This document shows positions 1 to 12,030 of a stretch of 64,000 bases of DNA, in pieces. The notes under the pieces are model-generated. The model did no database searches. It saw only the letters and a program-made list of their open reading frames with translations, and was not told the origin of the DNA. This DNA comes from Macrostomum lignano (taxonomy: Eukaryota): assembly GCA_002269645.1 (NCBI GenBank), contig NIVC01001498.1, positions 186,001 through 250,000 of the forward strand, read 5' to 3'. Within the stretch, counting starts at the first letter, position 1. Each line of letters begins with the position of its first letter. The position numbers and the translations under genes are program-made.

Positions 1-256
1 ACTCTTCTTATATCCCTCTCCACTCCCCATCCCCCTCTACTCTTCTTATATCCCTCTCCACTCCCCATCCCCCTCTACTCTTCTTATATCCCTCTCCACT
101 CCCCATCCCCCTCTACTCTTCTTATATCCCTCTCCACTCCCCATCCCCTCTACTCTTCTTATATCCCTCTCCACTCCCCATCCCCCTCTACTCTTCTTAT
201 ATCCCTCTCCACTTCCCATCCCCCTCTACTCTTCTTATATCCCTCTCCACTCCCCC
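1..256. repeat. 38-bp pyrimidine-rich minisatellite (truncated by window start)
   Basis: ACTCTTCTTATATCCCTCTCCACTCCCCATCCCCCTCT, about 6.7 copies. Confidence 0.95.
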
Positions 257-885
257 TATCTCCCTCCAAGTTCCATGGTTAAACTAAGCAAAATCCAAGG
301 CAATTCGAGAGCCTAGCGACAAATATCCCCACTCCCCACCTTCCAGGTAGCGTGATGCCCAACCCCCCCCCCGTCTCAGCTGACACGCCCCGGTGGTGGT
401 GACAAGGAATCGGTCCCGCAACCAAGGCCTGCTACCCATCATTCTTCTCCTGTTGCCATGCAAGCGGTTTCGCTATGGGATGTGAACCATAGGATCCAGC
501 ATCTAAGCGGTCAGGCGATCATGCGGATCTCGTATAAGGGATTTCTGCTGTTGCGAAAGCAGAAATTGTGACAAATCGTTTTTCAAGCTTGACGACACGA
601 GCGCTGGGGTGGTGGGGGGCGGTGGAGGCGGGGCAGCGACGGTCTTTGTGCGGCTGTGACGAATGGATATTGGAACTTTTGTTTGGGTGTGTCTTTTTGC
701 GAAATGTTTAAAGATGGAAGTCGCGATACAGAATGCTGAGGCTGCGGTGAGGATGGCAACCTAAATTAATATTGGGATTTGCATTTTAGATGCCAAAATA
801 TGGCTCAACTCTGTTGTTTTCGCAATGCTGATAACAGATCAAGACTACTAATTGGCGAGCTTTACTTCAGCATGTATGTGTAATG

Positions 886-1190
886 CCCAAATCCAGATCC
901 CAAATCCAGATCCCAAATCCAGATCCCAAATCTAGATCCCAAATCGCAGAATTCATTTTTCCACTTTTAAACTTATCGCAGAGACCAAAATAAAAACTCT
1001 TACCCCAAATTCTAATACTGATTCCAGATCCAAAAATCGGATTTAGCAAATAACAATCCCAGATCCCAAATCCCAAAATCAGATTTAGCAAATAACAATC
1101 CCAAATCCCAAAAATCGGATTTTTCAAATAACGATCCAAATCCCAATATCGGATTTTCAGATAACGATCCCAGATCCCAGATCCCAAAAT
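886..1190. repeat. Degenerate CCCAAATCCAGAT (13-bp) cluster
   Basis: About 4-5 tandem 13-mers at 886-945, then degenerate AGATCCC/AAATCCC-containing duplications. Confidence 0.75.
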
Positions 1191-1847
1191 CGGGCAAATT
1201 TTCACAATTAAAACCTTTGGCTCTGTTTCTGGTTTTCTCAGTCCTCAAATTCAAAACCCATCTTCTCTACTTCCTTTCAATTGAAATTATGTTATTCCAT
1301 CCCCAACAAGTTGCCAGATCGAATCTTAACTAACTCTTCAAATGCTATGGATATTATAGATCCAGGGGCTTCATCACAACATAACAAAGGTTGATATTAT
1401 TAATTAGGTTCCCAGCTGTCTTCCCAAAGCAATGGGGAACTCTGCAGCCTTGTTCAGTGTATTCTTAAGGAGGTTAAAGCTTGTAGCAACGCGTTAAGCT
1501 TAAACGAAAGATTTATAGACAGCAATGGATTTCGAAGAGCCGATGTTACTAAATGATACTAACAATGCAATTGCAGCAGAAAGAATGGCAGTTGCCCATC
1601 GTAAATTAAATTTGATGCCCCTTTAAGCGCCGTAGAATCCAAAGTTCAAAAGTGAGGGTTACCGAGGCTACCAGGCACCAGGCAAGCGATGTGAAAGAAT
1701 ACCTAGTAATTTTAGCAGTAGGTCAGTGACAGTGGGACAATTAAAATTCCGGGACTGACTCGATAAGTATGTGCAATTTTTGCCGTGGAACCTTCCACTC
1801 TATGGTGTCAGAGTTGAAAAAGAAATCTGGAAGATGCCTTGTCTTCT

Positions 1848-4800
1848 GGATCCAGGATCTGGGATCTAGGATCTGGGATCTAGGATCTAGGATCTAGGAT
1901 CTAGGATCTGGGATCTAGGATCTGAGATCTAGGATCTGAATCTAGGATCTAGGATCTGGGATCTAGGATCTGGGATCTAGGATCTAGGATCTGGGATCTA
2001 GGATCTGGGATCTAGGATCTGGGATCTAGGATCTGGGATCTAGGATCTGGGATCTAGGATCTGGGATCTAGGATCTGGGATCTAGGATCTGGGATCTAGG
2101 ATCTGGGATCTAGGATCTGGGATCTAGGATCTGGGATCTAGGATCTGGGATCTAGGATCTGGGATCTAGGATCTGGGATCTAGGATCTGGGATCTAGGAT
2201 CTGGGATCTAGGATCTGGGATCTAGGATCTGGGATCTAGGATCTGGGATCTAGGATCTGGGATCTAGGATCTGGGATCTAGGATCTGGGATCTAGGATCT
2301 GGGATCTAGGATCTGGGATCTAGGATCTGGGATCTAGGATCTGGGATCTAGGATCTGGGATCTAGGATCTGGGATCTAGGATCTGGGATCTAGGATCTGG
2401 GATCTAGGATCTGGGATCTAGGATCTGGGATCTAGGATCTGGGATCTAGGATCTGGGATCTAGGATCTGGGATCTAGGATCTGGGATCTAGGATCTGGGA
2501 TCTAGGATCTGGGATCTAGGATCTGGGATCTAGGATCTGGGATCTAGGATCTGGGATCTAGGATCTGGGATCTAGGATCTGGGATCTAGGATCTGGGATC
2601 TAGGATCTGGGATCTAGGATCTGGGATCTAGGATCTGGGATCTAGGATCTGGGATCTAGGATCTGGGATCTAGGATCTGGGATCTAGGATCTGGGATCTA
2701 GGATCTGGGATCTAGGATCTGGGATCTAGGATCTGGGATCTAGGATCTGGGATCTAGGATCTGGGATCTAGGATCTGGGATCTAGGATCTGGGATCTAGG
2801 ATCTGGGATCTAGGATCTGGGATCTAGGATCTGGGATCTAGGATCTGGGATCTAGGATCTGGGATCTAGGATCTGGGATCTAGGATCTGGGATCTAGGAT
2901 CTGGGATCTAGGATCTGGGATCTAGGATCTGGGATCTAGGATCTGGGATCTAGGATCTGGGATCTAGGATCTGGGATCTAGGATCTGGGATCTAGGATCT
3001 GGGATCTAGGATCTGGGATCTAGGATCTGGGATCTAGGATCTGGGATCTAGGATCTGGGATCTAGGATCTGGGATCTAGGATCTGGGATCTAGGATCTGG
3101 GATCTAGGATCTGGGATCTAGGATCTGGGATCTAGGATCTGGGATCAGGATCTGGGATCTAGGATCTGGGATCTAGGATCTGGGATCTAGGATCTGGGAT
3201 CTAGGATCTGGGATCTGGGATCTAGGATCTGGGATCTAGGATCTGGGATCTAGGATCTGGGATCTAGGATCTGGGATCTGGGATCTAGGATCTGGGATCT
3301 AGGATCTGGGATCTAGGATCTGGGATCTAGGATCTGGGATCTGGGATCTAGGATCTGGGATCTAGGATCTGGGATCTAGGATCTGGGATCTAGGATCTGG
3401 GATCTAGGATCTGGGATCTAGGATCTGGGATCTAGGATCTGGGATCTAGGATCTGGGATCTAGGATCTGGGATCTAGGATCTGGGATCTAGGATCTGGGA
3501 TCTAGGATCTGGGATCTAGGATCTGGGATCTAGGATCTGGGATCTAGGATCTGGGATCTAGGATCTGGGATCTAGGATCTGGGATCTAGGATCTGGGATC
3601 TAGGATCTGGGATCTAGGATCTGGGATCTAGGATCTGGGATCTAGGATCTGGGATCTAGGATCTGGGATCTAGGATCTGGGATCTAGGATCTGGGATCTA
3701 GGATCTGGGATCTAGGATCTGGGATCTAGGATCTGGGATCTAGGATCTGGGATCTAGGATCTGGGATCTAGGATCTGGGATCTAGGATCTGGGATCTAGG
3801 ATCTGGGATCTAGGATCTGGGATCTAGGATCTGGGATCTAGGATCTGGGATCTAGGATCTGGGATCTAGGATCTGGGATCTAGGATCTGGGATCTAGGAT
3901 CTGGGATCTAGGATCTGGGATCTAGGATCTGGGATCTAGGATCTGGGATCTAGGATCTGGGATCTAGGATCTGGGATCTAGGATCTGGGATCTAGGATCT
4001 GGGATCTAGGATCTGGGATCTAGGATCTGGGATCTAGGATCTGGGATCTAGGATCTGGGATCTAGGATCTGGGATCTAGGATCTGGGATCTAGGATCTGG
4101 GATCTAGGATCTGGGATCTAGGATCTGGGATCTAGGATCTGGGATCTAGGATCTGGGATCTAGGATCTGGGATCTAGGATCTGGGATCTAGGATCTGGGA
4201 TCTAGGATCTGGGATCTAGGATCTGGGATCTAGGATCTGGGATCTAGGATCTGGGATCTAGGATCTGGGATCTAGGATCTGGGATCTAGGATCTGGGATC
4301 TAGGATCTGGGATCTAGGATCTGGGATCTAGGATCTGGGATCTAGGATCTGGGATTTAAGATCTGGGATTTAGGATCTGGGATCTAGGATCTGGGATCTA
4401 GGATCTGGGATCTAGGATCTGGGATCTAGGATCTGGGATCCAGGATCTGGGATCTAGGATCTGGGATCTAGGATCTGGGATCTAGGATCTGGGATCTAGG
4501 ATCTGGGATCTAGGATCTGGGATCTAGGATCTGGGATCTAGGATCTGGGATCTAGGATCTGGGATCTAGGATCTGGGATCTAGGATCTGGGATCTAGGAT
4601 CTGGGATCTAGGATCTGGGATCTAGGATCTGTGATCTAGGATCTGGGATTTAAGATCTGGGATTTAGGATCTGGGATCTAGGATCTGGGATCTAGGATCT
4701 GGGATCTAGGATCTGGGATCTAGGATCTGGGATCTAGGATCTGGGATCTAGGATCTGGGATCTAGGATCTGGGATCTAGGATCTGGGATCTAGGATCTGG

Positions 4801-5090
4801 GATCTAGGATCTGGGATCTAGGATCTGGGATCTAGGATCTGGGATCCAGGATCTGGGATCTAGGATCTGGGATCTAGGATCTGGGATCTAGGATCTGGGA
4901 TCTAGGATCTGGGATCTAGGATCTGGGATCTAGGATCTGGGATCTAGGATCTGGGATCTAGGATCTGGGATCTAGGATCTGGGATCTAGGATCTGGGATC
5001 TAGGATCTGGGATCCAGGATCTGGGATCTAGGATCTGGGATCTAGGATCTGGGATCTAGGATCTGAGAACTGGGAACTGGGATCTACAAT
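1848..5090. repeat. 14-bp satellite (GGATCTGGGATCTA)n
   Basis: About 230 near-perfect copies; the unit is a dimer of 7-mers GGATCTG/GGATCTA. Confidence 0.98.
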
Positions 5091-6455
5091 CTTACATTTA
5101 TTTCATTATAAATTTATGTCGTGTAGGGTGTTCTAAGCAAAGTACAACTCTCAAAAGTTCCTATATGCATGAAACGCGTATGTCTGATTCGAAATCATTA
5201 CTAATATCTAATGCAATTAATTCCCTACAGCATTAAATCTTCAACGTCAAATGCCAAATCCAACAGTCCTGTCACACGAGAATTATCCAATAATCACCTC
5301 AATACAAGTACAAGCAGCGAGCCAGAAATCGTTTCAATAAATGCATAAATTAACATAGAAATGAACAGATTCCAATTTTCCTGTTGCTTCTGTTGTGAAG
5401 AATTGTTTTGCGTTATACGAACTGGAAATGTCATCTACAAATCCGCAGGTAAATAAAGCTTTTTAAGGCAGTCTTGGGTTGACAGTGGGGATGACTAATT
5501 GGATAATAATTTGGCAATCAAAATCCATCCCCAAAATAGGAATAAAGACTTAGGTGGGCTTAGACCGAGAGAGTCAAGAACATAAAAACATGGGTCGCCG
5601 TGAAGCACAAAGACTTACTAATGTCATCATCCTCTTTTTATGATATTAACGAACGAGCTCTGGGGATTGGGGCATTGGGGATTTGGGATTATTAGAGTGG
5701 CTACTGAGTAGAGGCATGATTATACCACAACTGGATGAGCAAAAAACCCTGTTGAGCTCTATATAAGACAACTCAATATAAAAACTGTACCACAAAGACA
5801 AGTCACTGTCATACTAGCTAGCGGATTTTTTGATTGGCGATTAGCTCTTAAAGCTGATTTTGAGAAATAAAAAATGACAGCAGGAGGTCTAAGAGAAACT
5901 GATCCATCCCAAACTGAATGTAAATAATTAATTAATCGCTGCAGTCAGATGTTTGTCAGTCAACTGACTAAATCTACTGAATTTCTAGATTTATCTCGTA
6001 ACTTTGCTTCTTGAGTCTTGACAGAACAGACCATTGAGTCCTTGAGTAGACAGTAGCAATAATAATATATATCTACAGGGAGCCTCTTTGGAAAGAACAG
6101 TGAGACGAGATGACTTCAGAGACATTCGAGTGGCTACGTCATGCAGTGCCCAGTGACAGGGGAGCCGTCCATTGGGAATGCAGCTTTCTAACAGAACCGT
6201 ACGCAACCATGTATATGGGATAAAAATAAACATGAGCAAGAGTGGGGAGAGAAATGGGGAAAATTATCCCAAACAAAAACTCCGCATATGAGGAAGGAAA
6301 GAGAGGGAAGACAAAATGTGGCAGCCGTGGATGTGACTAACAAAATTTGAAGTCCCAAGTCGCAAGTCCCAAACTAATATAGCTCGAATGATAAATATAT
6401 TACAGCCGTGCCTCCCCAACACAAGAATTACGAGCAATAAGATGCACACTGTAAA

Positions 6456-7870
6456 TCCCAGATCCCAATTGTAGATCACAGATCCCAGATCTCAATTGCA
6501 GATCACAGATTCCAGATCCCAATTGCAGATTACAGATCCCAATTGCAGATTACAGATCCCAATTGCAGATTACAGATCCCAATTGCAGATTACAGATCCC
6601 AGATCCCAATTGCAGATTACAGATCCCAGATCCCAATTGCAGATTACAGATCCCAATTGCAGATTACAGATCCCAGATCCCAATTGCAGATTACAGATCC
6701 CAGATCCCAATTGCAGATTACAGATCCCAATTGCAGATTACAGATCCCAATTGCAGATTACAGATCCCAATTGCAGATTACAGATCCCAATTGCAGATTA
6801 CAGATCCCAATTGCAGATTAAAGATCCCAATTGCAGATTACAGATCCCAATTGCAGATTACAGATCCCAATTGCAGATCACAGATTCCAGATCCCAATTG
6901 CAGATTACAGATCCCAGATCCCAATTGCAGATTACAGATCCCAGATCCCAATTGCAGATTACAGATTCCAGATCCCAATTGCAGATCACAGATCCCAGAT
7001 CCCAATTGCAGATTACAGATCCCAGATCCCAATTGCAGATTACAGATCCCAATTGCAGATTACAGATCCCAATTGCAGATTACAGATCCCAATTGCAGAT
7101 TACAGATCCCAATTGCAGATTACAGATCCCAATTGCAGATTACAGATCCCAATTGCAGATCACAGATTCCAGATCCCAATTGCAGATCACAGATCCCAGA
7201 TCCCAATTGCAGATTACAGATCCCAATTGCAGATTACAGATCCCAGATCTCAATTGCAGATCACAGATTCTAGATCCCAATTGCAGATCACAGATCCCAG
7301 ATCTCAATTGCAGATCACAGATTCCAGATCCCAATTGCAGATTACAGATCCCAATTGCAGATCACAGATCCCAGATCTCAATTGCAGATTACAGATCCCA
7401 GATCCCAATTGCAGATCACAGATCCCAATTGCAGATTACAGAATCCCAATTGCAGATTACAGATCCCAATTGCAGATTACAGATCCCAATTGCAGATTAC
7501 AGATCCCAATTGCAGATTACAGATCCCAATTGCAGATCACAGATCCCGATCTCAGATCCCAATTGCAGATCACAGATCAGATCCCGATCTCAGATCCCAA
7601 TTGCAGATCACAGATCCCGATCTCAGATCCCAATTGCAGATCACAGATCCCGATCCCAGATCCCAATTGCAGATCACCAATCCCGATCACAGATCCCGAT
7701 CCCAGATCCCAATTGCAGATCACCAATCCCGATCCCAGATCCCAATTGTAGATCACAGTTTCTAGATCTCAATTGCAGATCACAGATCCCGATCCCAGAT
7801 CCCAATTGCAGATCCCAGATCACAGATCCCAGATCCCAGATCTTAATTGCAGATCACAGATTCACAGATC
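6456..7870. repeat. 20/27-bp minisatellite (CAGATCCCAATTGCAGATTA)n with 7-bp AGATCCC add-ons
   Basis: Direct reading. The core AGATCCC is the reverse complement of the core of the 1848-5090 array. Confidence 0.95.
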
Positions 7871-8959
7871 GATTGTTTGGATCCTCAATCTAAACATCCC
7901 TCATAGCGTACCATTGAGCCAATTAGCAAATCAACATGAGTTATAAATCCAATACAAGCTACCATCTCCCTCCGCGGAACTTATTGATTTATTGCAGATC
8001 AGGAGAGAGACCTAAAGGGTTATAAATTTTATTCGTGGGGAGGTGCAGCCATGCCGGAATCGCATGCATAACAGGGGGCTGCCAGATATTGTCAATTTAA
8101 TATATCGTTAATACCCCGTTACGCATCCAGCTTGCATTACACAAGCTCAGCTTATGCTATGCCAATTTTAAACTCCAAGCCAACGGCAACGGTATACCCA
8201 GACCAAAGAAAGATCTATCGCTATCTGACGTCCAATGGTTGGGACGATTGGGAAGTTTTTGGCTACCCGGAGTGAATGTCATTAATCACTGACTTACACT
8301 ACGTATAACACCCCCAGTCCGCTCACAATGTTAACTGTCTGCTGGGCCCTATTATTCAAGTCAACCCCCCCTTACAGGCAGCTCAATATGAGAATGATCT
8401 AACCGAAACCACCCCCTCCTCAACACGATCCTTGTCAGCGCTGTGCTGAAAAATAGGAATGGGGGGGGGGTTTACATACGCCGCCTCTGCCTGCCAGTTG
8501 ACACCATATTGTAAGCATAGCCCAAGCCCCAGCAGCGGAGTCAACGGGCTGCCAGTTCAAGTTGCATTCCAGGGGCATTTTTTGACTTATTGCCGTATAG
8601 AAAATCCATATAATATGTATAGAACCGATCTGATATATAGATATTTAGCTTTGTCGGTTAAGTTGAAAGCTGCCGCCGATGAAGGGTGGTCGGTTGGGGT
8701 TTGAGTGCATGGGATAAATCTATTTGACAATAGGGGCGTACGGTAGGAGTAAGGGGAGGGGAGGTCGTTTGAGTATCAGGCTTCAATGAAGAGAGTGATT
8801 AAGTGAGTAAGCAGATTTGGCTATATATCACTGCCACTGGTATATTCTATCTGCAGTTATCAATGCGTGTATGAAAACAATGCCTGCATAAAGTATAGAC
8901 TTCTAAAATTTAGTTAACTGTTTCCTATTTTCAACTATTTTCCTAGTTAAATGATAAAA

Positions 8960-9162
8960 GATAGAGAAGAGAGGGAAAAAAGAAAGAGGAGGGGGATAGG
9001 GGAGAGAAGAGAGTGGAGAAGAGAGAAGAGAGCTGAGATAGAAGAGGGGAGAGGATAGGGGAGAGGATAGGGGAGAGAAGAGGGGAGAGGAGAGAAGAGG
9101 GAGAGGAGAGAAGAGGGGAGAGAAGAGGGGAGAGAAGAGGGGAGAGAAGAGAGAAGAGAGAA

Positions 9163-9194
<32 letters not shown>

Positions 9195-9235
9195 AAAGCG
9201 AGGGAAGAGAACAGAGTGGAGAGGTGGGAAAGGAA
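8960..9235. repeat. Degenerate polypurine (AGAGG/AGAAG) tract
   Basis: Almost exclusively A/G on the + strand. Confidence 0.85.
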
Positions 9236-9767
9236 ATTATGAATTAGCATAAGTAAGATGAGAACAAAGACCAAATTTCAATTTAGCACGCTAGTAAAGG
9301 AATATTAATTAAAAGTCATAAATCCCACAGGCCACCGATTGAGAACAAAGCAATATTATTCAAAGAGCTCAAAGGCAATCGTTACGCCATCATAGAATTG
9401 CTGTTTATATATAGACCGACCCTATACTCGCATATATGGCACATGGCATTAACATTTGCGTTCAAAATAATAGTAAATTTTCACCGGATCTCAATGATCG
9501 ATTTTAACCTTTATATATGCATTGTATTAATTCTGAATCTCATTTTTTAAATGTGCATGCGGGATTTGATGCTTTTTGACTCTTTAATCTGAAGTATAAA
9601 AACACAATAGAAAAAACAATTTAACAGAGCAGTAAACAACTGAGTCTATATTCTGATTTTTTAATCTGATAACAATCTTTATTTATATATTATATAGGTA
9701 AAGGTTGATTATTGAATTGTTTTAGCATCTCCGACTGTACATGTAGAGCTCGTCAGCACACCCTTTC

Positions 9768-10155
9768 GAACAGGCTTTGGTACAGGTTTTGGAACAGGTT
9801 TTGGAACAGGCTTTGTAACAGGTTTTGGAACAGGTTTTGGAACAGGCTTTGTAACAGGTTTTGGAACAGGTTTTGGAACAGGTTTTGGAACAGGTTTGGA
9901 ACAGGCTTTGTAACAGGTTTTGGAACCGGTTTTGGAACAGGCTTTGTAACAGGTTTTGGAACAGGTTTTGGAACAGGCTTTGTAACAGGTTTTGGAACAG
10001 GTTTTGGAACAGGCTTTGTAACAGGTTTTGGAACCGGTTTTGGAAAAGGCTTTGTAACAGGTTTTGGAACAGGTTTTGGAACAGGTTTTGGAACAGGTTT
10101 TGGAACAGGTTTTGGAACAGGTTTGGAACAGACTTTGGAACAGACTTTGGAACAG
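9768..10155. repeat. 12-bp minisatellite (GGAACAGGTTTT)n with 36-bp higher-order pattern
   Basis: Variant GGCTTTGTAACA recurs roughly every third unit. Confidence 0.93.
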
Positions 10156-10639
10156 TGTTAGGTTAGAAGAGGCATGTAAAAAGCATGTAGAAAGGTTTCT
10201 GTTGCATCAGTCAGTCAATGTCTATGTCAATAACCATTTCGAAAATTGAAAATCTGCGATTCGATAATCCTTTAAGTATGGTATATATGAGTTGGAATAA
10301 ATTCAGTTCATCCGGTTGGGGTTTTTTAGTCAATTTCCTATGGGAATTTATCCGTCCTCACCCAGTCAGTAAGCGTGCAGCACTTATACGGCTAATAAAT
10401 ACGGTTATGATAGATTTCTTCAAGATTTCTTTGAGAATGTCTCAAACTATAGACGTAAAATTGGAGAATATGAAGGCTTTAGCTGTTGTTTTCTCACTGG
10501 GTATATAGCAAGAGAATAAACAAATATGAAATACGAGGAGGGGTGTAAGGGAAGAGAGTTTAAGAGGGGAAAGTAGCCAGCAGATATAGAGAGTAGAATA
10601 GAAATGAAAGAGGGTAGAAAGCAGACGGTTGAGGACGGA

Positions 10640-12030
10640 GACGGTAGAGTGGAGAAGGAAGTGAGCGGAGAGGGTAGAGAGCGGAGAGGTGGAGAGCGGA
10701 GAGGTTTGAGCGGAGGGTAGAGAGCGGAGAGGAAAGAGAGCGGAGAGGGTAGAGAGCGGAGAGGGTAGAGAGCGGAGAGGGTAGAGAGCGGAGAGGGTAG
10801 AGAGCGGAGAGGGTAGAGAGCGGAGAGGGTAGAGAGCTGAAAGGTAGAGAGCAGAGGGTAGAGAGTGAAGGTGGAGAGCGAAGAGGGTAGAGATCGGAGG
10901 GTAGAGAGCGGAAGGTAGAGAGCGGAGGGTAGAGAGCGGAGAGGGTAGAGAGCGGAGGATAGAGAGCGGAGGGTAGAGAGCGGAGAGGTAAAGAGCGGGG
11001 AGGTTTGAGCGGAGGGAAGAGAGCGGAGATGGTAGAGAGCGTAGAGGGTAGAGAGCGGAGAGGTGGAGAGCGGAGAGGTTTGAGCGGAGGGAAAAGAGCG
11101 GAGGGTAGAGAGCGGAGAGGGTAGAGAGCGGAGAGGGTAGAGAGCGGAGAGGTGGAGAGCGGAGAGGTTTGAGCGGAGGGAAAAGAGCGGAGGGTAGAGA
11201 GCGGAGAGGAAAGAGAGCGGAGAGGGTAGAGAGCGGAGAGGGTAGAGAGCGGAGAGGGTAGAGAGCGGAGAGGGTAGAGAGCGGAGAGGGTAGAGAGCGG
11301 AGAGGGTAGAGAGCGGAGAGGGTAGAGAGCGGAGAGGGTAGAGAGCGGAGAGGGTAGAGAGCGGAGAGGGTAGAGAGCTGAAAGGTAGAGAGCAGAGGGT
11401 AGAGAGTGAAGGTGGAGAGCGAAGAGGGTAGAGATCGGAGGGTAGAGAGCGGAAGGTAGAGAGCGGAGGGTAGAGAGCGGAGAGGGTAGAGAGCGGAGGA
11501 TAGAGAGCGGAGGGTAGAGAGCGGAGAGGTAAAGAGCGGGGAGGTTTGAGCGGAGGGAAGAGAGCGGAGATGGTAGAGAGCGTAGAGGGTAGAGAGCGGA
11601 GAGGTGGAGAGCGGAGAGGTTTGAGCGGAGGGAAAAGAGCGGAGGGTAGAGAGCGGAGAGGGTAGAGAGCGGAGAGGGTAGAGAGCGGAGAGGGTAGAGA
11701 GCGGAGAGGGTAGAGAGCGGAGAGGGTAGAGAGCGGAGAGGGTAGAGAGCGGAGAGGGTAGAGAGCGGAGAGGGTAGAGAGCGGAGAGGGTAGAGAGCGG
11801 AGAGGGTAGAGAGCTGAAAGGTAGAGAGCAGAGGGTAGAGAGTGAAGGTGGAGAGCGAAGAGGGTAGAGATCGGAGGGTAGAGAGCGGAAGGTAGAGAGC
11901 GGAGGGTAGAGAGCGGAGAGGGTAGCAAGCGGAGAGGGAAGAGAGCGGAGAGGGTAGCAAGCGGAGAGGGTAGAGAGCGAAGGGTAGAGAGCGGAGAGGG
12001 TAGAGAGAGGAAGGGTAGAGAGGGTAGGAA
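10640..12030. repeat. 14-bp purine-rich minisatellite (AGAGCGGAGAGGGT)n with block duplications
   Basis: Marker GCTGAAAGG at 10836, 11377 and 11813. Confidence 0.95.

Noticed and set aside
5401-5448. IVLRYTNWKCHLQIR followed by a GTAAAT donor (HLQI resembles FGF beta2)
   Set aside because: Plus strand, 46 kb from the minus-strand FGF exons; weak acceptor; only 3-4 residues match.
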